Assembly: GCA_963666425.2 (NCBI GenBank)
Contig: OY762825.2
Location: 384,001 to 448,000 of the forward strand
DNA: 64,000 nt
Source: Bacillota bacterium
GTDB lineage: Bacteria > Bacillota > JAAYKD01
Direction of reading: 5' to 3'
How positions within the stretch are numbered: the first letter of the stretch is position 1; each line of letters starts with the position of its first letter. The notes beneath the pieces are model-generated. The model saw only the letters and a program-made list of their open reading frames with translations, did not search any database and was not told the DNA's origin. The position numbers were made by a program, and so were the translations under genes. Below, piece after piece: positions 41,219-49,928 of this stretch.

Positions 41219-43042
41219 CTATTTTAGAATGATGATATCCGGTTTGTCCAGAACAAGAACATAAAAGTCATCGCCAAATGCTGCAGCAGTATACCCATCG
41301 CCGGAGGTAATCCGGCTCTTCGTCCGTAAAGCAAATGTCATTCCTTCAAAACCATGGGAAACATGCAAGGAGATGCTTTCCTCTGTTTCGCTATAAGAAA
41401 ACTGCATTGCCTGGACGGCTTGAATCTGCTGCGCAGCACTGCTGATCGTCGTTTGTCGGATGGCTGGAAAGGATGCAATCAAAGTATAGACATCCGTCAA
41501 TGCTTGACTCAATTCAGCAAAGGACAGATCGCTATCCTGCAGGATTTGATTGATATTGAGTGACAAAGAAGCGAAGCCGAGTGCTTTCAGTGAATTCAGC
41601 GTCTGCCAGGTCAAACCATTCAGACCGGAAAGCAGCATATAATGAAAATTCTGATTGCTGTCGGGTTGAAAATCGTAGACTGCTTGATCCTGCGTATTGC
41701 GGTCATAGGGAGCGGCAATCACCTTCAGATCCGGATCAATGCTGGGAAGCAAAGCTAAAACAGGATCTGAAATTCTCCCCTGCGGCGGCACATAGGTTGT
41801 GATCCGGTAATTGGGAAACAATGCTTTGGCCGGAGTAAGCGCCAGCTGAAAAGCGGTTTTTATGCTCTCGATGGACTGCCAGGGAATGAACCAACCGTTT
41901 TCAGTCAACTCACCGGGTAAGCCCAAAGGGCGCATATTGTAACCATGTAAGGCCAATTCGCCGCCCGACTGGAGAATTTCTGCAGCGTAAATTTTTAAAT
42001 CATTGCTGGAGAATGCGCTTATTTCAAAATTTTCCTCTGTATTGTCATCGTAGGAAATACAATAGGAAATTGTGGTTTTCAGATCAAAATTCCGCGTTAA
42101 TCTGGTTAGCATAGGCCAGAAGTGTGTTTCAATAAACTTATCATAGGTCATTTTTTCTTGATTTAAAATCTCGGAAGAGCTGATCGTAAAACCGGATGGA
42201 AATTCTTCCAGGAGTAGTGTGCCGGTGGCATAAAGCGGATAAAGCATAGAAAGATCAGCGCTTTGTTTGAGCGTCTCATAAAGAATTTCAGCAATGACAC
42301 CTCTGCTCGCATAAGAGCTGAGATAGTCGCAATTGCTGATATATAAGCTGCCGTTGCCCAACTTTCTTTTCCAGAGCAGAGGATTTTTGCTTTCATCGCA
42401 AAACAGAACTTCACAATCCTTTCTCAGGCGCAGGAAGTACTGCAAGGGAATCGGTTCCAGCAATTCATAGGTTGCGGCTGCGTCGCTGAGCATTGCGCCA
42501 AGATCGGTAATCGAACTGCACTCCAGTTTACTGGATTTTTCAATTACGCCTAGACTGCCGGAGACCGATAAAAAGGAATCGCTGTCTTGCGCTACGATGG
42601 GGAAATAGGCAGTTTTTCCCTGTTCCACGCTGTCAAAAACAGACTGCAAAATAGGCGCATTCTCATAATTTCCCACCAGGACAATCAGCATGGCATAATC
42701 GTCCAAAACGGCGCTCTGACTGGCAGAGATGCAGTCATAAGCCAGAGCGTATTTGTCCAGCAGATTTTTAAAATTAAGGTAAATATATTCCCGATCATCG
42801 GCAGATTGGTCAAAAATCAAGGCAATTTTACCAATTTGATGGCTATTACCGCCGACTGCCTGACTGGAAATTGCTTTTACCGCAGCTGCTTCCGGCTGCG
42901 TAAAGAGCGCATTATTCTGCAGAATACCCATTTTGGAAACCTGCAGAGCAACAATGACCAACAGGAAAAGGCAGAGCAACAGGATCGTTTTTTGAGCATT
43001 TATTGTGGTATCATTACCAGATTGGGCTTCAAATTTATCCAT
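41219..43042 (-). CDS. DUF2194 / PelA deacetylase-like protein
   Basis: N-terminal TM helix; CE4-like region LLEEFP...GGELALHGYNMRPL...YVPP; lies between pelE and pelF. Start moved to MDKFE (AGGAGG RBS). Confidence 0.75.
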   Translation of the reverse strand: MDKFEAQSGNDTTINAQKTILLLCLFLLVIVALQVSKMGILQNNALFTQPEAAAVKAISSQAVGGNSHQIGKIALIFDQSADDREYIYLNFKNLLDKYALAYDCISASQSAVLDDYAMLIVLVGNYENAPILQSVFDSVEQGKTAYFPIVAQDSDSFLSVSGSLGVIEKSSKLECSSITDLGAMLSDAAATYELLEPIPLQYFLRLRKDCEVLFCDESKNPLLWKRKLGNGSLYISNCDYLSSYASRGVIAEILYETLKQSADLSMLYPLYATGTLLLEEFPSGFTISSSEILNQEKMTYDKFIETHFWPMLTRLTRNFDLKTTISYCISYDDNTEENFEISAFSSNDLKIYAAEILQSGGELALHGYNMRPLGLPGELTENGWFIPWQSIESIKTAFQLALTPAKALFPNYRITTYVPPQGRISDPVLALLPSIDPDLKVIAAPYDRNTQDQAVYDFQPDSNQNFHYMLLSGLNGLTWQTLNSLKALGFASLSLNINQILQDSDLSFAELSQALTDVYTLIASFPAIRQTTISSAAQQIQAVQAMQFSYSETEESISLHVSHGFEGMTFALRTKSRITSGDGYTAAAFGDDFYVLVLDKPDIIILK

Positions 43043-43961
43043 GAACAGCCTCCTTCCCCTTGTTTTGCGGCTCGATGAAATAACGGAAGGAAGCCAATTT
43101 TTCCGGTGATAATTGAATTCTGCTGATTTTGATCTTCTCAATGAGCGCCTGAAAATTCTCTTTTTCTCCCAACATATAGTAAAGCTGCAGCCCGGCAAAG
43201 TAGATAATTTCGTGGTCAAATTCCTGCAGCAATTGCTGAATAAAACGGCAGGCCTGAGCAGTTTCACCGAGTTCATTCAGATAGAGCACGCCGTCTTTAT
43301 AAACCGTCATATCAACGCCATCGGATTCTCCGAATTTGTTTTCGAACAATTCCATGCTCAGCCGACAAAACAAACGCTGATATTTTGCCTGATTGGCAGG
43401 GTCTAAAATACCGCTTTCAATATAAGAATGCAGCGCATTCACATAATCATTCTTTTTAGTCAGATCTTTTTCATTTTCCTGGGCTTGTTTACCTAATTCA
43501 ATTACTAAATTATCGAATTTTCGTTTGATATCAGTCAGAGCGGAGGAAGCATAATGAGATACTTCCGTATCCGCATCAGCCAACGCCAGTTTTAGTTCCT
43601 TGACATAATTCATGGAATCGCCGCTGAAAATCTGCATGATCGCGCCGCGTTTGGTAATCACATCTTCATAGAGCAGAACATCCGTCAGCGATACTGCATT
43701 GTAATCATTTTGTTGATTGCCAATATAGACCGGCTGCAGCGTATCGTCATTGAATTTTTTATAGAGCTCGACTTCTTTTTCCTGGTTCTGTACCTGTATT
43801 TGCAGGATACCCAGATAAATCCCCCCGAGAATGGGCAGAAAAAGGGCAATCAGGCAATTGATAAAATAGAAACGGCGTTTCTTTGTTGTCAGTGAGAAAA
43901 GGAAAGCCAGCAAAAGTAAAAAATAATAAGCGATGACACTGTACTGAATCACTGTTTTCAT
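43035..43961 (-). CDS. pelE: PelE-like protein (2 TM + helical repeats)
   Basis: Two N-terminal TM helices; LALADADTEVSHYASSAL motif; position between pelD and DUF2194. Confidence 0.7.
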   Translation of the reverse strand: MKTVIQYSVIAYYFLLLLAFLFSLTTKKRRFYFINCLIALFLPILGGIYLGILQIQVQNQEKEVELYKKFNDDTLQPVYIGNQQNDYNAVSLTDVLLYEDVITKRGAIMQIFSGDSMNYVKELKLALADADTEVSHYASSALTDIKRKFDNLVIELGKQAQENEKDLTKKNDYVNALHSYIESGILDPANQAKYQRLFCRLSMELFENKFGESDGVDMTVYKDGVLYLNELGETAQACRFIQQLLQEFDHEIIYFAGLQLYYMLGEKENFQALIEKIKISRIQLSPEKLASFRYFIEPQNKGKEAVHG

Positions 43962-43981
43962 GCTTGCTCTCCTCCTCTTGC

Positions 43982-46114
43982 TTAGACTTTGATGATTTTA
44001 GCTGTGATTTCATTCTTTTTTAGGCGTTCCAACACATTTTCAGCATCTTTACTGGAAGTATTCAACAAAAGCGCCCCTACTCCACCCGCTGGCAGTCTGC
44101 CAATCTCATCCGTATCGCGCAGAAAGCGACGCGCCTTTTTGGTCACTTCGCTCATTTCCTGCGTTTCGTCGGCTAAAAACTCAATCATCACAAATTCAAT
44201 TCCGCTATTCTCAAATCCTCGCTGCGCAAATTGAATCGCTTTTTGTAATTCTTTCGCCAGCATAATATTCGTCGAACCTTCAAATGCAAATTGTGAGACA
44301 AGATTTTCGTAGATATTGGCGTTGCGATAAACATCATTCAGCAAGTCTTTCACGATATGCAGAATATTCATTGAATACAAAGTAAGTTTTTCAAATTTCA
44401 TATCTTCGATCATCACCAACACAACCACACTCTGATTGATGGCAATCGGTAAAATCACAGAAGGCATATTCGGGTTTAGATAATTATTAGTATAAAACAG
44501 ATTATTCTGCACGATTTCAAATAATGCTTCATTGCTCAAAATATTGACTGACTTTGGGAATTTTTTTGGTGTCTGACCAGTGAAAAGAAATTGTCGCATA
44601 TAATTGCTGTCGGGCTGCCTCAGGTAAAGACTGATATTCTTCTCCCCGGTTATATCACGAATCATCGTTAAGGTACCCCAAAAAACATCCTGTTTGGATA
44701 ACGTATTCAACTCTTTAATGGAGGCGTAAAGTTTACCCAAACCAGACTCATATTTCAGAATCCGGGTTTCCTGTTCATTTTTGATCCGGCCTAAATCATT
44801 GTTGATCTGCCTTAAATCGCTGATTTGTCGATCTAGTAGTTCAATTCTTCGCTCTTTTTCCTCAATGGTATAGTTTTTTCTTTCAAACACATAACCAATG
44901 CACATGGCAATTACCAAGTTCTGCACCATCTGCAGCAGAACATTGAGATTGGAGAAAGTAGCGGTTAAACTGTAACCCGCTGAGACGGATTCGAAAACAT
45001 AGTACCCGCTGACCAATACGGCAGCAACAATTCCTTGTGAGATGCCGAATGAAACGGAGACGAGGATAATATAAATGGTTAAGTATTGAGTGGACAGCAT
45101 ATCGGTATAACCGGATTGGATATGTGTCAGAAAAGCCAGCAAAAGAAAGATGACCGTGTTTTCAATTGTCCTGAACAACGCGCCATTTTGCCGTTTTCGA
45201 CGCGGTTTTTCTGTTACAGCGGTTTGTGCAAAATCGCGATACCAAGCAAGGCATGCTTGGATCACTGCTGTGGTATCTCTTCTGATGATAAAACCCATTT
45301 CCAAATTTGCTTTTCTGCCTAAGATTTGGCGCTTATTTGTCGTCTCCAGACCAATTTCTACTGGCAGAGCTGACAACACCGCTTGTCCTTCCTGATCAGG
45401 CAGTTCCATTGCGATAGCTGCAGCCAATCCGATACCAGAAATCGGTATTTCAGTGGTAATGTTATAGATGCCATCCACACTGTCATTGACACTGCAAAGT
45501 ATGGCTTCCACTGCATCGCCGGCATCGAGCAGATAATAGCTTTCCTCTAGGCCGGTTGTGATCTTGCTATTCTGTTTGGCTTGATCAATCATCTGAAAAA
45601 CCACGGACAGATGATCCAGCGTATCGTAGAGTCCGCTCACTTCGGGAAGCCGTAAAAATACATTGAAAAGTTGGGCAGATGTCCGGAAACTGCGCACCGT
45701 ATTCTCACACAGCCAATGGGTCTTGCCATTGATGCTGATTGGTTCCGGCTGCGCGTCTTCTGTTTTGGCTTGCTCGCCATAGACATCCATACCTGATAAA
45801 TAAATAAACTTCCTTGTCTGAAATTGATTGGACAATTCTGCCAAAGTCGTCATCTCATTGACTTTCTCTTTGACATCCTCCAGATTATCGACTTTGTTGA
45901 TGCGGGTATAGACCAGGATATCCGGTTTCTCACTGATGAATAAATCATGGAAACTATTTGTATTATTACAAACATATTTTGAATGCGGGACACTGGAAAA
46001 ATATCTGGTTTCATTGCTTTGATAGACTCCAACCACCCGATAATGTTCCCTATAAAAGCGCGTAATCGCCTGAATGCCAAGAAAACTCTCCGCTCCGATT
46101 ATCATTACTTTCAT
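43982..46114 (-). CDS. pelD: Gram-positive-type PelD: degenerate SDR + 4 TM + GAF + degenerate GGDEF c-di-GMP receptor
   Basis: SDR-like N-terminus (IIGAESFLG), 4 TM helices, coiled coil, GAF, and C-terminal LRDTDEIG (RxxD) without GGDEF. Confidence 0.8.
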   Translation of the reverse strand: MKVMIIGAESFLGIQAITRFYREHYRVVGVYQSNETRYFSSVPHSKYVCNNTNSFHDLFISEKPDILVYTRINKVDNLEDVKEKVNEMTTLAELSNQFQTRKFIYLSGMDVYGEQAKTEDAQPEPISINGKTHWLCENTVRSFRTSAQLFNVFLRLPEVSGLYDTLDHLSVVFQMIDQAKQNSKITTGLEESYYLLDAGDAVEAILCSVNDSVDGIYNITTEIPISGIGLAAAIAMELPDQEGQAVLSALPVEIGLETTNKRQILGRKANLEMGFIIRRDTTAVIQACLAWYRDFAQTAVTEKPRRKRQNGALFRTIENTVIFLLLAFLTHIQSGYTDMLSTQYLTIYIILVSVSFGISQGIVAAVLVSGYYVFESVSAGYSLTATFSNLNVLLQMVQNLVIAMCIGYVFERKNYTIEEKERRIELLDRQISDLRQINNDLGRIKNEQETRILKYESGLGKLYASIKELNTLSKQDVFWGTLTMIRDITGEKNISLYLRQPDSNYMRQFLFTGQTPKKFPKSVNILSNEALFEIVQNNLFYTNNYLNPNMPSVILPIAINQSVVVLVMIEDMKFEKLTLYSMNILHIVKDLLNDVYRNANIYENLVSQFAFEGSTNIMLAKELQKAIQFAQRGFENSGIEFVMIEFLADETQEMSEVTKKARRFLRDTDEIGRLPAGGVGALLLNTSSKDAENVLERLKKNEITAKIIKV

Positions 46115-46968
46115 TGTGAATCACCCGCTGCAGGATCGGCCTGCTTTGCTTCAATTTTCTGAGGTGGGCTTAAATAATAACCCTGACCGTAAAAAACACC
46201 CAGATCTTTTAAAATATCAACTTGTTCTTTTACTTCGATACCATCGGCAATACAGAGAATAGCCAGAGAAGCACAATAATCAACGATACTTTTTATCATG
46301 CAGAGCGCTTTTCTATCAGTCTGGATTTTGTCGATCAAGGTGATGGGAATCTTCAGACCATCAAAATTGATTGACGACAACATCACACTATTGGAAAAAC
46401 CGCTGCCATAATTATCAGCCAAAATTTTCACACCATAATTACGCAGTTGTTCAGCCTTGAGCAGAGTTTCCGATGGGTTCTTGAAAATATACTCGGTGAA
46501 CTCGAGATAGAGCGTTTTTCCTTTGCTCCGCAATAAAGCTGCGATTTGCTGAATTTCATCTGAGATGGGTGTATTTGCCAAAAGATTGACGGAAAGATCA
46601 AAGTCAATCAAACCGCTTTTGACATCTACCAGGATTTTTTTGAGAATCATTTGATCCAGATTCACGTCGAGTCCGGCGCTGATACAATCACTGATAAATT
46701 GTCCTGTATTGGAGTAGATTTCGTTATTGATCCGCAGCAGCACTTCCATAAAAACCGACTGACCGCTGCGAATATCCATCACAGGCTGAAAAACCAGATT
46801 AAAATCTCCTTTGAGCAGAATATTCGGCAGGTAGCGGATCCGAATCATTTTTTCATTGTAACGGTCATACTGACTCTGAACGAAAAGATAGAGATTGTTT
46901 GTTTCTTTGTCTTCCAACATATAGGTGCAGAAGCGCAGTTTTCTTAAAACATCTTCCACTTCACTCAA
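46111..46968 (-). CDS. EAL domain protein (degenerate); likely 3' half of a frameshifted GGDEF-EAL gene
   Basis: FQPV, EVLLR, SVNL, LEFTE, ADNYGSGFS, LKIP, ADGIE and GQGYY motifs. Confidence 0.75.
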   Translation of the reverse strand: MSEVEDVLRKLRFCTYMLEDKETNNLYLFVQSQYDRYNEKMIRIRYLPNILLKGDFNLVFQPVMDIRSGQSVFMEVLLRINNEIYSNTGQFISDCISAGLDVNLDQMILKKILVDVKSGLIDFDLSVNLLANTPISDEIQQIAALLRSKGKTLYLEFTEYIFKNPSETLLKAEQLRNYGVKILADNYGSGFSNSVMLSSINFDGLKIPITLIDKIQTDRKALCMIKSIVDYCASLAILCIADGIEVKEQVDILKDLGVFYGQGYYLSPPQKIEAKQADPAAGDSQ

Positions 46969-48277
46969 AAGTCTGTACTCTTCTGCTCTCCGTATAGAGC
47001 AGACCGATTTTTGCTTTCAGCATCACTTGCTTACCGTCAATATCATATCCGGAAGAGAACAGGCTCTCCAATTTGGTGATCGGATTCTGATCTCTCATCA
47101 TCTGCGGATATTCCGCCAGGGCCAGCATAAACTCCCCGCTCTTAATTGAAAAAATCGCTGCGGAGGGGAATTCACTCTTCAGCAAATTGGCGATGAACTT
47201 ATAGCAAGCCAATTCATATTCAATTTCGTAAACTGTATTTTTCTGGATATCAAGATCCACTTTTATTGTAGCAAACAAAATCAAATCAAAAGAGTTCAGA
47301 CAAAGTTCGAGTACACTCTCTTTCATTACCGAAAACGTAGGCAAACCTGTGATACTGTCTTTTGTCTTGGCCCGGAATAAAACTTCGCTGCGCGTTGTTT
47401 CAACGGTAATATCACGAATCATTCCGCTGTAACCACCCAATAAGTGAGGGTAGCAAAAGTATTCCAGATAAATCTCTTTGCCGGTCAGCGGTGTTACAAA
47501 GAGGGTTCTTTCGACTTTTTGATTGATCACCTGAATCTTCCGATCAGCAGATGCCGACATGATTTGCTGAAATTCCTCCAGCGGCATCACTTCATATTTC
47601 AGTTCTAGGTCTTCACAACATTTTCTGGAAAAGGTAATCGTCTTCTCTTGTTGGTTGATGCGAAAGACAAAGACATGATTAAATTTAGAAAAAAGTTCCT
47701 CCAAGTAGCGTGTTAGAAAAACTGATTTCAGGAAATTGCGCTGATAAAAAGCCGCCGTCACTAACAGCAGCGTCAGTAAAAACACCCCACCGGCAACGGC
47801 CAGAGTAAGCAGAACTTCGGCGTTATATTGATCCAAATAAGAGTAGATATAAATTTCCGAAAAATTGACCGGGGTAATCGTAAAAAAAAGCAACCCGGCT
47901 CTATATTCTTTTTTCAGCTTGGAATATTGCAGTAAAAAAGCAATTGCCAACATGGATAGCGCAAACAAGGGTGAAAAAGAAGAAAAATATACGCTGAGCA
48001 GATAAAACGGTGTAAATGCCAGCAGCACTTTGACATTAAAACCAATCACCAGGAAAATCAGCAGCAGGAATTTTAAATTCAGTATAGGAATGTCTTGCAC
48101 GCTGAAATAGAAATAATTAAACAGAAAGCTGGCGCATCCCAAAAAACTACCGGTGATGAGATCCTGCCAATTTGGAGCATAAGCAAGATAATTATGCAGT
48201 ATCTGCGCTAGGATAAACAAGACGGTCAAAGCACCGAGGCCGCTGATGATGTAAAGTATAAAGTCAAATGTCTGCAT
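46961..48277 (-). CDS. Membrane protein with degenerate GGDEF domain; likely 5' half of a frameshifted GGDEF-EAL gene
   Basis: About 6 TM helices, a PAS-like segment, DSITGLP, and SIKSGEF at the GGDEF position; ends before the last GGDEF helix. Confidence 0.65.
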   Translation of the reverse strand: MQTFDFILYIISGLGALTVLFILAQILHNYLAYAPNWQDLITGSFLGCASFLFNYFYFSVQDIPILNLKFLLLIFLVIGFNVKVLLAFTPFYLLSVYFSSFSPLFALSMLAIAFLLQYSKLKKEYRAGLLFFTITPVNFSEIYIYSYLDQYNAEVLLTLAVAGGVFLLTLLLVTAAFYQRNFLKSVFLTRYLEELFSKFNHVFVFRINQQEKTITFSRKCCEDLELKYEVMPLEEFQQIMSASADRKIQVINQKVERTLFVTPLTGKEIYLEYFCYPHLLGGYSGMIRDITVETTRSEVLFRAKTKDSITGLPTFSVMKESVLELCLNSFDLILFATIKVDLDIQKNTVYEIEYELACYKFIANLLKSEFPSAAIFSIKSGEFMLALAEYPQMMRDQNPITKLESLFSSGYDIDGKQVMLKAKIGLLYTESRRVQTFE

Positions 48278-48601
48278 GATTTACTCCTTCGCGTTGACAG
48301 ATATTCCAGTCATTTTGCGGTATCCAGTCAGCTTATCTTCCTTGCATCTGGCGAAACCAAATGCAGCTGATTTTTGATGGATTTTCATGAAAACCAGAAC
48401 TAAACTTACTCTTTATTTTACTATATATACTGCACAAATACAAGAAATATCGGGAAATATTCCTGCTCCCGCGTATTTGGACAGGTTCGTTCTCTTCTCA
48501 GCAATCGAAAAGCAACCAAAAAGGACATTGCTTTTCCAAAGCATATTTGGTATCATAGGTTTAAAGCATGAAGCAAAGCTAGCAGAGACGAGGGAAAAAA
48601 G

Positions 48602-49651
48602 ATGGAGAACCAGGAACAACCGCATCAACGCCGTGTTCGCTATACGGGTACACATCCAAAATCTTATCAGGAGAAATATAAAGAATTGCAGCCGGAACGC
48701 TATGTAGATACCATTGAAGAGTTGCTGCAAAAAGGTAAAACACCGGCTGGGATGCATCGTCCGATCTGCGTGCAAGAGATTTTACAATTCCTGCAGGTAA
48801 CTCCGGGACAAATCGGACTGGACGCTACCTTGGGTTACGGCGGTCATACCACAGAGATTTTAAAATGCCTGCAAGCAAAGGGACATTTATATGCTATTGA
48901 TGTGGATCCCATCGAACTGCCGCGCAGCCAGGCACGCCTGGAGAATTTAGGCTACGGTTCCGACCTTTTGACAACGAGACAAATGAATTTCTCCGACGTT
49001 GACCAAATTGCCGGAGAAGTGGGTCCCTTCCATTTTATCCTGGCGGATTTAGGCGTTTCATCCATGCAGATTGACAATCCGGCAAGAGGTTTCTCCTTTA
49101 AACGCGAAGGGCCTTTGGATTTGCGGCTCAATCCGCAAAAAGGAAAATCCGCCGCAGAACGCTTGCGAACCATCACACAAGACGAACTGCAGGGACTGCT
49201 GCTGGAAAATTCCGATGAACCGAACGCTGCCCTGATCGCCCGCGCAATCATTGCCACCAGAAAAAGCGGCAGCGCGATTGCCACTACCAGCCAATTGCAG
49301 CAGATCATCAGTGACGCTCTGAAATTCATCCCGGGAAAAAACAAGGAAGATGAAATCAAGAAAGCCTGTCAGCGCTGTTTTCAGGCCCTGCGCATCGATG
49401 TCAATCACGAATTGGAAGTGCTCTATCAATTCTTAGAAAAACTCCCCGCCGCTTTGGCACCGGGTGGCCGGGTGGCGATTCTATCCTTTCACTCGGGCGA
49501 AGACCGTCTCGTCAAGAAATCGTTTCAGCACTATTACCGGGAAGGGATCTATCGCGAAATCGCTCCGGACCCCATTCGGCCGTCAGCCGAGGAATGCAAT
49601 AGCAACAGCCGCGCCCGTTCCGCCAAATTGCGTTGGGCAATCAAAGCCTGA
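48602..49651 (+). CDS. rsmH: 16S rRNA m4C1402 methyltransferase RsmH-like (stand-alone copy with N-terminal extension)
   Basis: HRPI, DATLGYGGH, DLGVSSMQID...RGFSF, FQALRIDVN, SFHSGEDRLVK and NSRARSAKLR motifs. Confidence 0.85.
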   Translation: MENQEQPHQRRVRYTGTHPKSYQEKYKELQPERYVDTIEELLQKGKTPAGMHRPICVQEILQFLQVTPGQIGLDATLGYGGHTTEILKCLQAKGHLYAIDVDPIELPRSQARLENLGYGSDLLTTRQMNFSDVDQIAGEVGPFHFILADLGVSSMQIDNPARGFSFKREGPLDLRLNPQKGKSAAERLRTITQDELQGLLLENSDEPNAALIARAIIATRKSGSAIATTSQLQQIISDALKFIPGKNKEDEIKKACQRCFQALRIDVNHELEVLYQFLEKLPAALAPGGRVAILSFHSGEDRLVKKSFQHYYREGIYREIAPDPIRPSAEECNSNSRARSAKLRWAIKA

Positions 49652-49822
49652 TCCGCGCTCCCGGAGCCCTGCAGCGGTAAAAGCGTACCCTGCAGCTTGG
49701 TTTGAAGCTTCCTGCGGATCCCACGGTGCGATGGACCTTCTTGGTGCTCAACTAACCCCTTCCCGTTGCCGGTGAATTCGGAACTTTCTCGCTTTAGAAC
49801 CTGCGCTCATCGGGCGTACATT

Positions 49823-49862
49823 AAAAAAGTCCAGTGGAATTTTCGTTCCGCTGGACTTTTTC
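49823..49862. terminator. Bidirectional intrinsic terminator
   Basis: AAAAAAGTCCAGTGGAA-loop-TTCCGCTGGACTTTTT between convergent genes. Confidence 0.8.
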
Positions 49863-49928
49863 TTATGAAGTTAGACCTATTTTCTCTGTGCTTTTGTGAG
49901 CGCACAGTTCCGTCACTTGAAGCGATTT

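Noticed and set aside
46961-46963. Selenocysteine or stop readthrough at the TGA between the GGDEF and EAL ORFs
   Set aside because: The downstream ORF is in a different frame, so a frameshift is needed rather than readthrough.
48290-48380. c-di-GMP riboswitch upstream of the pel operon (also checked near 15060-15140, 23780-23950 and 31260-31360)
   Set aside because: Hairpins exist, but I could not find the GEMM-I or c-di-GMP-II consensus. An Infernal search would settle it.
49655-49820. tRNA-Sec or other ncRNA in the GC-rich spacer after rsmH (CTTCAAA on the minus strand)
   Set aside because: The flanks do not form an anticodon stem, and I found no T-loop or acceptor stem.
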